In this document: positions 8,751 through 17,949 of the stretch, piece by piece
How the letters are laid out: every line of letters starts with the position of its first letter
How positions within the stretch are numbered: the first letter of the stretch is position 1
Source of the DNA: a virus
Taxonomy: Duplodnaviria > Caudoviricetes
IMG/VR virus record: IMGVR_UViG_3300025133_000020
Length of the DNA stretch: 64,000 nucleotides
Strand: one strand, 5' to 3'
Notes under the pieces: model-generated
Seen by the model: only the letters and a program-made list of their open reading frames with translations
The model's database searches: none
Told to the model about the DNA's origin: nothing
Made by a program: the position numbers and the translations under genes

Positions 8751-11669
8751 ATGGCAGCAAGAAATAATATTTATGGTAACCTAGCGGTTAGAGGAACATT
8801 AAGTTTGAGAAACTTCGAGTTCCCAACATCAGATGGGACAAACGGTCAAGTAATGGTAACCGATGGTGGTGGTGGCTTATCGTGGGTTAACATGTCAGGT
8901 GGAACGTCAGGTTGCTGCTTAGACGTATTCGTAACGGGTGGTACTTATAGTGGTGATACAATCATATTAACTAATACCACAGGTGGTACAGTTAGTATAA
9001 CGGGAATCACAGGTGGTGGCTCTGGTAGCACAAATCCAGGTGGTAATGATTATGCTGTTCAGTTTAATAACACTAATACTTTTGACGGTAACGATGATTT
9101 CACTTGGAATCACGTAGATGGAATCCTTAATGTAACAAGTAGTGCTGGAACTGGTGTTAACAGATTCAGTGTTGGTTCTGCGGTAATAGCGCCAATGATA
9201 GATATTAGCGGTGTTACCTCAAATATTTATGAGAATCCACTATCAGGTGGTAGTTTACACACAGTATCCCTCCAAGGGGACTTAAGTGGGGTTGGCATGG
9301 GTGATAATGGTACCTTTATAGGTAACGTATCTTTAATGGGTGATGATACTGCAACTATAGGTCTAAGTCAAGAAAGGGTTCAATTAAGACATAATGACGG
9401 AACCTACGGTAATAATAACACCACTATTTATCTTGCTAATGGTATACAAATGGAATTACCAGATACTAGTGGTAATACTCTATTTGACCTCAGAAATAGT
9501 AATCATGACCAACTAATTCGAATCCGTAGTTGTGGTGATATAACATTTAATAATTCATATACATTCCCTAATTCCGATGGTAATAACGGGCAAGTATTGC
9601 AAACAGACGGTGGTGGTGTTTTATCATGGGAAGATGCCGCTTCAGGTGGTACATCAGGTGGTTCATCGACATCAATTATAATAACTGGCACTGGTGTGAA
9701 CTCTACAATGCGATGCGGTAATAATAATAGCGCAACGGGTGACTATTCAACCGCTTTTGGTAGGAATAGTATAGCTTCGGGTAATTGTTCAACAGTGAGT
9801 GGTGGATATAATAATAGTGCTGAGGTTAATGGTGATTTTTCCACCATCGGTGGTGGTGCTAGTAATGCGACAACTTGTTGGTTTACGACCATTGGTGGTG
9901 GTAGACAGAATACTGCATCTAACTATTACGCAACCGTAGCTGGTGGTGACCAAAATAACGCTACTGGTAATAATGCAGCCATTGGTGGTGGTGCTAATAA
10001 TACCGCTTCAGGTAATTATTCATTCATAGGTGGTGGTAATAATAACGTGGCTACAGTTGCTAGGGCAGTTGTTGTTAGTGGACAAGAAAATTGCGCTAAC
10101 GGTGACCAATCTTTCATTGGTAGTGGTTATCAAAATATAACTTCTGGTAATCATACAGCAATTGTAGCTGGTTGGGATAATACGGCATCAGCCAATTACT
10201 CATCTATAGGTGGTGGTGCCCATAATACCACATCTGGCGGTACTTATGCGTCAATTGGTGGTGGTCAGAGTAATACGTCAAACGCTGCTAACACAACCGT
10301 TGCTGGTGGTAGTGGTAATACGGCTTCAGGATATGCGGCATTTATTGGAGGTGGAGCATATAATACCGCTAGTGATGCTGCATCAACCGTAGCTGGTGGT
10401 GTAAATAATGTTGGTTCGTGTGTTTATTCAACTATAGCTGGTGGTAAAGATAATATCGCTTCAGGTAATTCAACCACGATTGCTGGTGGAGAAAATAACA
10501 CTGCTGGTGATGACTACACAACCATTGCTGGTGGTAAAGATAATGTCAGTAATTATTACGCATCATTCGTTGGTGGTGGGTGTGGCAATGCCGCTACTTG
10601 TACTTATTCGACAATTGCTGGTGGTAGTGGAAATACAGCATCTGGTGGTTATTCATTCGTTGCTGGTGGTTTGGGTAATACCAATAGTGGTACTGGTTCA
10701 ACGATTGCTGGTGGTATATATAATATCATTAATAGTGATGCTGCTGCATCTACGATAGGTGGTGGATATAATAACACTATTCCGACAGGAACTACTGTGA
10801 CTATTGGTGGTGGGCAATATAACACAGCATCTGCAAATAGAGCAACAATTGCTGGTGGTAGTGGTAATACAGCGTCTTGTCATGGTTCAACAGTAGGTGG
10901 TGGTAAGATGAACAACTCAAGTGGTGATTATGGTACAATCAGTGGTGGTTGGATAAATAATGGTTCAGGTAATTGTTCTGTAATAGGTGGTGGTAGTGAA
11001 AATACTGCCTCTGGTACAATATCCTTCATCGGTGGTGGTAGAGCTAACAGTGCAACTACAACATACTCAACAATCGTTGCTGGGTGTAACCACTTAGCGT
11101 CTGGTCTATATTCATTCATTGGTGGTGGTCAAGATAATACTGCTACAGGTAATCACTCAACCATAAGTGGTGGGTACGATAATGACGCTACAGGTGATTG
11201 TTCTACAATCGGTGGTGGTAAGGATAATATCGCAGAGCAAAACGCAACAATCGGTGGTGGTATTGATAACACCGCATCAGGTTATTACGCGGTTATTGGA
11301 GGTGGTACAAATAATACTGCTAATTCTGGTTGGCACGTAACTATTGCTGGTGGTAATAGGAATACTGGTTCAGGTAACTATGCAACCATAGGTGGTGGTT
11401 GGAGGAATGATGCTTCAGGTGAGTATACAACCGTTGCTGGTGGTAGGTGTAATGTGGTAGACGGAGACGGTTCTGGTATTCTTGGAGGGTATAATAATAG
11501 TATTACTGGTACATCAAAAACGTTTATCGTTGGGGATAATATTACAGCTAATAGAACTTGTGCAACATTCGTTAACAACTTATCCATTACGGATATACCA
11601 ACTAGTGCTGCTGGCTTACCTTCAGGTTCGGTTTGGCGTAGTGGTACTACTTTACAAATTGTAGTATAA
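8751..11669 (+). CDS. Tail fibre/adhesin-like protein B
   Basis: 972 aa; about 39-40 copies of the 15-aa repeat; C-terminal cap (IPTSAAGLPSGSVW) nearly identical to fibre A. Confidence 0.8.
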   Translation: MAARNNIYGNLAVRGTLSLRNFEFPTSDGTNGQVMVTDGGGGLSWVNMSGGTSGCCLDVFVTGGTYSGDTIILTNTTGGTVSITGITGGGSGSTNPGGNDYAVQFNNTNTFDGNDDFTWNHVDGILNVTSSAGTGVNRFSVGSAVIAPMIDISGVTSNIYENPLSGGSLHTVSLQGDLSGVGMGDNGTFIGNVSLMGDDTATIGLSQERVQLRHNDGTYGNNNTTIYLANGIQMELPDTSGNTLFDLRNSNHDQLIRIRSCGDITFNNSYTFPNSDGNNGQVLQTDGGGVLSWEDAASGGTSGGSSTSIIITGTGVNSTMRCGNNNSATGDYSTAFGRNSIASGNCSTVSGGYNNSAEVNGDFSTIGGGASNATTCWFTTIGGGRQNTASNYYATVAGGDQNNATGNNAAIGGGANNTASGNYSFIGGGNNNVATVARAVVVSGQENCANGDQSFIGSGYQNITSGNHTAIVAGWDNTASANYSSIGGGAHNTTSGGTYASIGGGQSNTSNAANTTVAGGSGNTASGYAAFIGGGAYNTASDAASTVAGGVNNVGSCVYSTIAGGKDNIASGNSTTIAGGENNTAGDDYTTIAGGKDNVSNYYASFVGGGCGNAATCTYSTIAGGSGNTASGGYSFVAGGLGNTNSGTGSTIAGGIYNIINSDAAASTIGGGYNNTIPTGTTVTIGGGQYNTASANRATIAGGSGNTASCHGSTVGGGKMNNSSGDYGTISGGWINNGSGNCSVIGGGSENTASGTISFIGGGRANSATTTYSTIVAGCNHLASGLYSFIGGGQDNTATGNHSTISGGYDNDATGDCSTIGGGKDNIAEQNATIGGGIDNTASGYYAVIGGGTNNTANSGWHVTIAGGNRNTGSGNYATIGGGWRNDASGEYTTVAGGRCNVVDGDGSGILGGYNNSITGTSKTFIVGDNITANRTCATFVNNLSITDIPTSAAGLPSGSVWRSGTTLQIVV
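9730..11510 (+). repeat. 45-nt degenerate coding tandem repeat, about 39-40 units
   Basis: Counted by eye from the translation; units are 14-17 aa. Confidence 0.85.
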
Positions 11670-11717
11670 GACTTTACAATTAAAAGGTCTTACTTATATT
11701 TATCAAAACGATGAATC

Positions 11718-12608
11718 ATGAGTAAGACCTTTTCAATTTTCCACATAGAGGGTGGACTAGGAAAACATATTGCTGCTACCGCAGTAGCCGAAGCAATTAA
11801 AAAGAATCACCCAGATAGGGAACTGATAGTAGTTTGTGCCTACCCAGAGATATTTTTGAACTTGGGATTTATAGATAGGGTATACCGTTTAGGTATGGTT
11901 CCATATTTCTATAGAGATTTCATTGACGGGAAGGATTCGCTCATCTTTAAACATGAGCCTTATTTCACCACAGACCACATCCATAAGAGATTACCATTGA
12001 TTGAAAATTGGTGTAAATTATATGATTTGGATTACGGTGGTGAAACCCCGTCACTGGTGTTTAATAGGCGACAACAGGAATTTGGTTACAACAAATGGAA
12101 TAGGGATAAACCTATCGTGGTGATACACACCAATGGAGGACCGATGGATGAACAACCATATCCATATTCTTGGTGTAGGGATATACCAAAAGATTTAGCT
12201 CAATCTATAGTTGATTATTATAGTGTAAGTGGTCATCATGTGATACAGATATGTAGAAACCAAGTCAACGCTTTAAATAACGTTGAAGTGGTCACTGAGT
12301 CAATGGGTAATATGGAGCTATTATCGTTATTATTACTATCACAGAAGAGGATTTTAATAGACTCATCATTACAACACGCAGCCGCAGCCTTAGAATTACC
12401 TTCAACGGTATTATGGGTGGCAACCTCACCAAATATATTCGGATACAGCATTCATAGTAACGTTCAAGCGAATTTACCAGAGACGGTTAAATTACCAGAT
12501 AGTTACCTATTCGACTATAATTTCAATGGTCTAATTCATGAGTGTCCAATATTAGATGAGCCAATTTTCAATTACGATGAAGTTATGGATGTAATACATG
12601 GCACCTAA
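11718..12608 (+). CDS. GT-B fold glycosyltransferase (GT9/heptosyltransferase-like)
   Basis: N-terminal GGLGKHIAATA...HPDRELIVV and C-terminal IDSSLQHAAAALELPSTVLW..TSP..FGY match the GT9-like pattern. Confidence 0.75.
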   Translation: MSKTFSIFHIEGGLGKHIAATAVAEAIKKNHPDRELIVVCAYPEIFLNLGFIDRVYRLGMVPYFYRDFIDGKDSLIFKHEPYFTTDHIHKRLPLIENWCKLYDLDYGGETPSLVFNRRQQEFGYNKWNRDKPIVVIHTNGGPMDEQPYPYSWCRDIPKDLAQSIVDYYSVSGHHVIQICRNQVNALNNVEVVTESMGNMELLSLLLLSQKRILIDSSLQHAAAALELPSTVLWVATSPNIFGYSIHSNVQANLPETVKLPDSYLFDYNFNGLIHECPILDEPIFNYDEVMDVIHGT

Positions 12609-13416
12609 GATATATTTTCAAAGTTCATTACCGAGAGCTGGTTCTACATTACTTCAAAACGTTGTAGGTCAAAACCCAGAGTTCTACGTTACACCAACAT
12701 CTGGCGTATTAGAGCTTGTATATGCTGCCAGAGCCAATTACAGCTCTTCTCCCGAATTTAAAGCCCAAGATGGTGAGTTGATGAAGGAAGGGTTCCTATC
12801 GTTCTGTAAAGGTGGTGTAGAGGGTTTTTTCAAGGCTATCACTGATAAACCATTCGTATTAGATAAGAGTAGAGGTTGGGGTGTCCATTATGGTTTCCTA
12901 AATTCTTTCTACCCAGACCCTAAAATCGTATGTATGATTAGAGACCCTAGAGATATATTCACTTCGATGGAAAAGAACTTCAGGAAGAATCAACATCAAG
13001 ATTCTGGTATAGTGAATCACGCTGAGATGAAGGGAACTACCACTGAGAAACGCATCGATACTTGGGTTAACAGTCAACCAGTAGGATTAGCCATGGAAAG
13101 GTTACAACAAATAGTTAAAGAAGGTATCGATAATAAGATGTTATTCATCAAATTCGAAGACCTTTGTAGTAGACCAGACGTAGAAATGAAACGTATGTAC
13201 AACTACTTAGAATTACCCGAATTTAAGCACGATTTCAATAATGTGGAACAGATAACCATGGAAGATGATTCGGTATACGGTATCTATGGTGACCACAACA
13301 TCAAAACTAAAATTTCCCCACAACCAAGTAAGTATAATGAAATATTGGGTAAGGGTGCATCTGATTGGATTCGAAACCATTATGGATGGTTTTACGATAA
13401 TTTCGGATACGCTTAG
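12598..13416 (+). CDS. PAPS-dependent sulfotransferase
   Basis: 5'-PSB loop SLPRAGSTLL, 3'-PB motif IRDPRDIFTS, and later IKFEDL motif; overlaps the GT gene by 11 nt. Confidence 0.85.
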   Translation: MAPKIYFQSSLPRAGSTLLQNVVGQNPEFYVTPTSGVLELVYAARANYSSSPEFKAQDGELMKEGFLSFCKGGVEGFFKAITDKPFVLDKSRGWGVHYGFLNSFYPDPKIVCMIRDPRDIFTSMEKNFRKNQHQDSGIVNHAEMKGTTTEKRIDTWVNSQPVGLAMERLQQIVKEGIDNKMLFIKFEDLCSRPDVEMKRMYNYLELPEFKHDFNNVEQITMEDDSVYGIYGDHNIKTKISPQPSKYNEILGKGASDWIRNHYGWFYDNFGYA

Positions 13417-13435
13417 ATTTTATCCTTAGTCGGTA

Positions 13436-13442
13436 TATTTAT
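13436..13442 (+). promoter_or_regulatory. TATTTAT late-promoter-like motif
   Basis: Exact motif 28 nt before the fibre C start. Confidence 0.55.
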
Positions 13443-13470
13443 AGTTAGAGATAAAATACTATAAATAATC

Positions 13471-15345
13471 ATGGCTAATTCAAAAATATTTAACGGTGTA
13501 ACCATATATGGTAATCTAGATGTTGGTGGTAACTATACCTTACCGTCTGTAGATGGTAGTAACGGACAAGTACTTCAAACCGATGGTGGTGGTACTGTGA
13601 CATGGCAAGCAGTATCAGGTGGTACTGGTGGTGGCTCAGGTTCAACATACTCATCAACCAATGATTACATATCTGGTGTAACTGGAACAATCACACACAA
13701 CCTTAATTCTATTGACGTTATAGTTCAATTAATTGATACTGATAATAACGAGCAGATTGAGGGTTATATAAACAACTTCCAACTTAATTCTGTTGACGTT
13801 ACCTTAAATGATACACTAACCAACGTAACAACTGTTGTGGCTGGTGGTATATTCGTAAGCGTTTCGGGAGCGACTGGTAGCACAAGTCCAGGTGGTTCAG
13901 ACCAAGATATTCAATATAATAGTAGTGGCTCATTTGCTGGTGATAGTAATTTCACTTGGGATAATGCCATGTCCAACTTTAGTGTTGATAGTACCACTGG
14001 TTATAATAGTATCATAACCAATATTGGTGAGGGTGATGCAACTAATGTTGGTGGTAATACGTTTAGAGGTGCTAGTATGGTATACAATAACACCCTATCT
14101 GGCGCTAGCGCTACCACATCAATCATGATTGGTGACTTAGATGGTTTCTTAGGTGATAATACAGTATTTATGGGTTACGCTAGTACGGGTAAAACTCACG
14201 CTATATTCACGACACCCTTTATAGCGCAGATGGTGGCAACAGATAGTACTACTAATGATAACTCTGTCATCAATGCCACCGTAGATAGGGGTATTACTTT
14301 ATCATCCGATTATCTTGGTCGTCAGGCTCAACTAACCGTATACAATGATGTTAACGCATTTGTACATACTGGTGGCACATTCAACGTGAATAGTAGCTCA
14401 GGTAACCCATTCAAAGTAAATAATGATGGTACTGTAGAGTTTAATAACGCTTTCACCTTCCCTAATTCAGGTGGGACTAACGGACAAGTATTGCAAACCG
14501 ATGGTGGTGGAAACGTAACATGGGCTAACGTATCAGGTGGTGGTTCATCAATCATGGTAGTTGGTGGTGGTGGTGATTCAACGATGAGGTGTGGTGTTTC
14601 GAATGCGTCAAATGGTAATTACGCTGCCGCTTTGGGTGGTTGTGATAACACAGCATCAGGTAATTACTCAGTGATTGGTGGTGGTCCAAGTAATACAGCT
14701 TCAGGTAATACATCTACTATTGCTGGTGGTGCAAATAACTGTACATATGCACCTTATTCAACCATTGGTGGTGGATGGGAGAATACAGCATCAGGTAACT
14801 ATTCAGTTATTGCTGGTGGTGGTGGTATGGGTCAAGGTAATACGGCAAGTGCTTATCACTCTACTATTGGTGGTGGTGGTTATAACGTAGCTAATAAATG
14901 TTTCACAACCGTAGGTGGTGGTGCCGCTAATACAGCTTCAGGGTATTATTCAACCGTTGCTGGTGGTAGTAATAACATCTCAAGTGGTCTCTATTCATCC
15001 GTTATTGGTGGATGGGAGAATACAGCTTCAGGGTATTATTCAACCGTTGCTGGTGGATTCTACAATAGAGCATCTGGTAACACATCAGCCATAATAGGTG
15101 GTTGTGGTAATACTGTGAGTGGTAATTACTCAGCAATCATTGCTGGAGAATCATTCTCATTATCAGCTAATAGTACTGTGATGGTACCAAACCTGATTGT
15201 TAATGATGAGCTTACATTCAATAACATAACAACCACATCTGGTGCGACACTGGGTGCTGGTGGCGGATTACCAGCGATAAACGAAGGGTTTATATCCGTA
15301 GCTATAGGTGGTACAACATATAAAATACCATATTACAACAACTAA
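13471..15345 (+). CDS. Tail fibre/adhesin-like protein C
   Basis: 624 aa; one ITHNL unit, two GQVLQTDGGG modules, about 12 beta repeats; C-cap type 2 (IGGTTYKIPYY). Confidence 0.8.
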   Translation: MANSKIFNGVTIYGNLDVGGNYTLPSVDGSNGQVLQTDGGGTVTWQAVSGGTGGGSGSTYSSTNDYISGVTGTITHNLNSIDVIVQLIDTDNNEQIEGYINNFQLNSVDVTLNDTLTNVTTVVAGGIFVSVSGATGSTSPGGSDQDIQYNSSGSFAGDSNFTWDNAMSNFSVDSTTGYNSIITNIGEGDATNVGGNTFRGASMVYNNTLSGASATTSIMIGDLDGFLGDNTVFMGYASTGKTHAIFTTPFIAQMVATDSTTNDNSVINATVDRGITLSSDYLGRQAQLTVYNDVNAFVHTGGTFNVNSSSGNPFKVNNDGTVEFNNAFTFPNSGGTNGQVLQTDGGGNVTWANVSGGGSSIMVVGGGGDSTMRCGVSNASNGNYAAALGGCDNTASGNYSVIGGGPSNTASGNTSTIAGGANNCTYAPYSTIGGGWENTASGNYSVIAGGGGMGQGNTASAYHSTIGGGGYNVANKCFTTVGGGAANTASGYYSTVAGGSNNISSGLYSSVIGGWENTASGYYSTVAGGFYNRASGNTSAIIGGCGNTVSGNYSAIIAGESFSLSANSTVMVPNLIVNDELTFNNITTTSGATLGAGGGLPAINEGFISVAIGGTTYKIPYYNN

Positions 15346-15362
15346 TAAATAAGAAAAAAAAA

Positions 15363-16994
15363 ATGGCAGGTACTAAAAAAATATACACAGACTTATACGT
15401 AAAGGGCACACTTAACAACAACGGATTCTCATTCCCAGAAAGTGATGGGACGAATGGTCAAGCATTACTAACAACTGGTACAGGAAGTACTGTTTGGGGT
15501 AATATCTCAGGCGCAACGTCAGGTTGCTGCTTAGACGTATTCGTTACAGGTGGTACTTATACAGGTACAACAATCGTATTAACTAATACCACAGGTGGTA
15601 CAGTTAGTATAACTGGAATCACAGGTGGTGGAACAGGTAGTACATTTCCTGGTGGAAATAATACCCATGTTCAATGGAATAATGGTGGTTTATTTGATGG
15701 TACCAGTGGATTAACTTGGGATGGAAGTGAGCAATTCAACGTAGTTTCAGATTACAGTGGTTCAACCCAAAAATTAAGTATTGGTAAGGCTAATTTAGCT
15801 GGATTAGCTGATTACGATGGTGTGGGAATGTCCTATAAGAATCCTTTATCTGCTGGAACAAGTGGTTTATGGAGTGGTAATTTATCTGCCGTTAGTGGTC
15901 AAGATAACCATTCAGTTTTAGGTTATGCAGATTTGATGAGTAATACTCAGAACCTTTTGAGTATTAGCGCTTCTGAGGTAGGAATACAATCTACAACCCC
16001 TAGTGAAAGTTCTTCATTCTCTATGCTGGCTGGTGATGACACTCAAATACAATTAGAAAGTACGGGAACAACAGCTTTTATAGTAAGAGATGGGATTGGA
16101 AACCGTATGTTACAAGTTAATACTGCTGGTGACATCATATTTAACGATAATTATACATTCCCACAAGGTGATGGTTCAAATGGTCAAGTATTATCCACAG
16201 ACGGTGGTGGAAACGTATCATGGGAAAATGCCGCTTCAGGTGGGACGGGTGGTACCTCAATTATGATTGTAGGTGTTGGTTCCAACTCAACAATTAGAGA
16301 TAATGTAGGTAATACTGCTTCAGGTTATTATTCAGCCGCTTTAGGTGGTGGTGGTAATGTCGCTTCAGGTAATTATTCATTCGTTGGTGGTGGGCATGAT
16401 AATACAGCTTCAAATTATTGTGCAACAGTGGGTGGTGGTAAATGTAATATTGCTTCAGGTAATACTTCAACCGTATCTGGTGGGTATCAGAATACTGCTG
16501 GTAATAGTAACTCAGCAGTCGGTGGTGGTATTGATAACACCGCATCAGGTTATTACGCGGTTATTGGAGGTGGAGCATATAATACCGCTAGTGGTGCTGC
16601 ATCAACCGTAGCTGGTGGTAGTAATAACGCCTCTTCGGGTCAAGGGTCATTCATAGGTGGTGGATGGGAGAATACAGCTTCTGGTGCTTATTCAGTAATT
16701 GGTGGTGGTTTGGGTAATACCGCTTCGGGTTGTTACACATCCGTATTGGGTGGGCAGGGTAACACGGCTTCAGGTAACTATTCATCCGTATTGGGTGGGC
16801 AAGGATTATCTGCTGGAACAAATACATCGGCAGTACCTAACTTAGATATTAACGGTGATATTAGATTAATCGGAACATCAACAGCAACAGAAGCCTTTAA
16901 TGGTTCTGCTGGTGCAGTACCTTCAAGTGCGGCAACTTATGTAACAATAACATTGGATGGGTCAGATTATCTACTCCCATTATTTAGTATTTAA
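15363..16994 (+). CDS. Tail fibre/adhesin-like protein D
   Basis: 543 aa; shares the TSGCCLDVFVTGG block with B and the NLAGLADYDGV block with A; about 11 beta repeats; C-cap type 2 (LDGSDYLLPLF). Confidence 0.8.
   Translation: MAGTKKIYTDLYVKGTLNNNGFSFPESDGTNGQALLTTGTGSTVWGNISGATSGCCLDVFVTGGTYTGTTIVLTNTTGGTVSITGITGGGTGSTFPGGNNTHVQWNNGGLFDGTSGLTWDGSEQFNVVSDYSGSTQKLSIGKANLAGLADYDGVGMSYKNPLSAGTSGLWSGNLSAVSGQDNHSVLGYADLMSNTQNLLSISASEVGIQSTTPSESSSFSMLAGDDTQIQLESTGTTAFIVRDGIGNRMLQVNTAGDIIFNDNYTFPQGDGSNGQVLSTDGGGNVSWENAASGGTGGTSIMIVGVGSNSTIRDNVGNTASGYYSAALGGGGNVASGNYSFVGGGHDNTASNYCATVGGGKCNIASGNTSTVSGGYQNTAGNSNSAVGGGIDNTASGYYAVIGGGAYNTASGAASTVAGGSNNASSGQGSFIGGGWENTASGAYSVIGGGLGNTASGCYTSVLGGQGNTASGNYSSVLGGQGLSAGTNTSAVPNLDINGDIRLIGTSTATEAFNGSAGAVPSSAATYVTITLDGSDYLLPLFSI
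16519..16619 (+). repeat. Chimeric copy of two fibre-B segments
   Basis: 16519-16573 is identical to 11251-11305 (55/55); 16561-16619 matches 10342-10400 (58/59). Confidence 0.95.
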
Positions 16995-17078
16995 CAAATA
17001 AAAAAGGTAGACTATTTATAATAAGACGGTACCGAAAAATTGTTACCACATTATAACACATTAAAAAAACAAGAAAAA

Positions 17079-17453
17079 ATGGCAGATAGCGGAGCAACAA
17101 GCGGAGACACAGTAACAAGTGGAGACACAGTAACAAGTGGGGATACAGTACTGGTTACTGGGGTAACCTTAGATGAGCAAAGTAGAATCGATTTATCGGG
17201 TACAACTAGAATCATAATAAGAGAACCAAAAACGAGAGTTGTGGATAAAATCACTATAAATAGTATAGTAGATTCACCACTAAAACAGCGACTATTCGTT
17301 ATTATAGCAGAGGTCGGTCAGCTTACAATAGCTGAAGGTGTAGACTATATTGCTTTAGGTGATTGGTCAAGGTCTTATGTATATGATTACGTGTATAATT
17401 ACTACAAGACTTTTAAAGGTGATAGCCTTGTAGACGAAGGACTCCCAAAGTAA
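17079..17453 (+). CDS. Small protein after the fibre genes, possible fibre assembly chaperone
   Basis: Likely start is ATG 17079 after an A-rich leader (track start is TTG 17040). The N-terminus is an SGDTVT repeat. The role is inferred from position only. Confidence 0.5.
   Translation: MADSGATSGDTVTSGDTVTSGDTVLVTGVTLDEQSRIDLSGTTRIIIREPKTRVVDKITINSIVDSPLKQRLFVIIAEVGQLTIAEGVDYIALGDWSRSYVYDYVYNYYKTFKGDSLVDEGLPK
17097..17150 (+). repeat. 18-bp tandem repeat x3 (TSGDTV)
   Basis: acaagcggagacacagta / acaagtggagacacagta / acaagtggggatacagta. Confidence 0.95.
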
Positions 17454-17462
17454 GATAATTAA

Positions 17463-17846
17463 ATGGATTTCTTTATAAATAAAGATGCAACCTTACCAGT
17501 TCTAAGAATGGAACTGATTCAGGATGGTAGGTATGAGTGGAGTAGCTTTTTTGATAAGCTACAGAATTCTACTATGTACTTCACCATGTCCAATTTAGAA
17601 ACTGGTGTCAAAAAGATAGGTAAGAAAGTTACAACAGCGTTACTCAAAGAGGAATGTCCAGATTGTGATGATTGTCTTGGTGATGAGTATTACCTATCGT
17701 ACAATTTTACCGCCAGAGATACAAACAAAGAAGGTGTTTATATTGGTAAATTCATTATCGAATTCGATGATGGTTCTGGAACTCTGATTGTACCTCTGCG
17801 TGAGGAACTACGCATCAATGTTATTGGTGGGTCAATCAAGAAATAA
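17463..17846 (+). CDS. BppU-like (baseplate upper/Ig-like) small structural protein
   Basis: FFINKDATLPVL...YxFTARDT..EGVYIGKFIIEF..GxLIVP pattern. Confidence 0.5.
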   Translation: MDFFINKDATLPVLRMELIQDGRYEWSSFFDKLQNSTMYFTMSNLETGVKKIGKKVTTALLKEECPDCDDCLGDEYYLSYNFTARDTNKEGVYIGKFIIEFDDGSGTLIVPLREELRINVIGGSIKK

Positions 17847-17856
17847 GTCCATAGGG

Positions 17857-17887
17857 TTGACACTCTCAATTTTTTTCAGTATGTTCG
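17857..17887 (+). promoter_or_regulatory. Host-RNAP-type (early/middle) promoter of the DNA polymerase
   Basis: TTGACA-N17-TATGTTCG. Confidence 0.7.
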
Positions 17888-17923
17888 TGTTATAATTTTA
17901 CGACCTTATCTATGTTGGATAGG

Positions 17924-17933
17924 TGTTCGAACA
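17924..17933. promoter_or_regulatory. Palindromic operator candidate TGTTCGAACA
   Basis: Perfect 10-bp palindrome in the polymerase leader; identical copy at 52679-52688 in the ssb leader. Confidence 0.5.
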
Positions 17934-17949
17934 ACAAATTAACAACATC

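Noticed and set aside
8722-13467. Canonical T4 late box TATAAATA at 8722 and 13460
   Set aside because: Only two sense-strand intergenic copies versus about 20 of the opposite orientation. One overlaps a stop codon, so AT-rich chance is likely.
7950-16800. CRISPR-like array suggested by the regular ~45-nt periodicity
   Set aside because: The repeats are degenerate, in frame and protein-coding, with no constant repeat/unique spacer structure.
5418-16994. Diversity-generating retroelement (TR/VR pair) among the near-identical fibre segments
   Set aside because: No reverse transcriptase in the window. Mismatches between copies (e.g. 8903-9019 vs 15515-15631) are mostly synonymous and not adenine-specific.
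5418-16994. Shufflon or invertase-driven fibre switching
   Set aside because: All copies are direct, full-length genes. I saw no inverted crossover sites and no site-specific recombinase.
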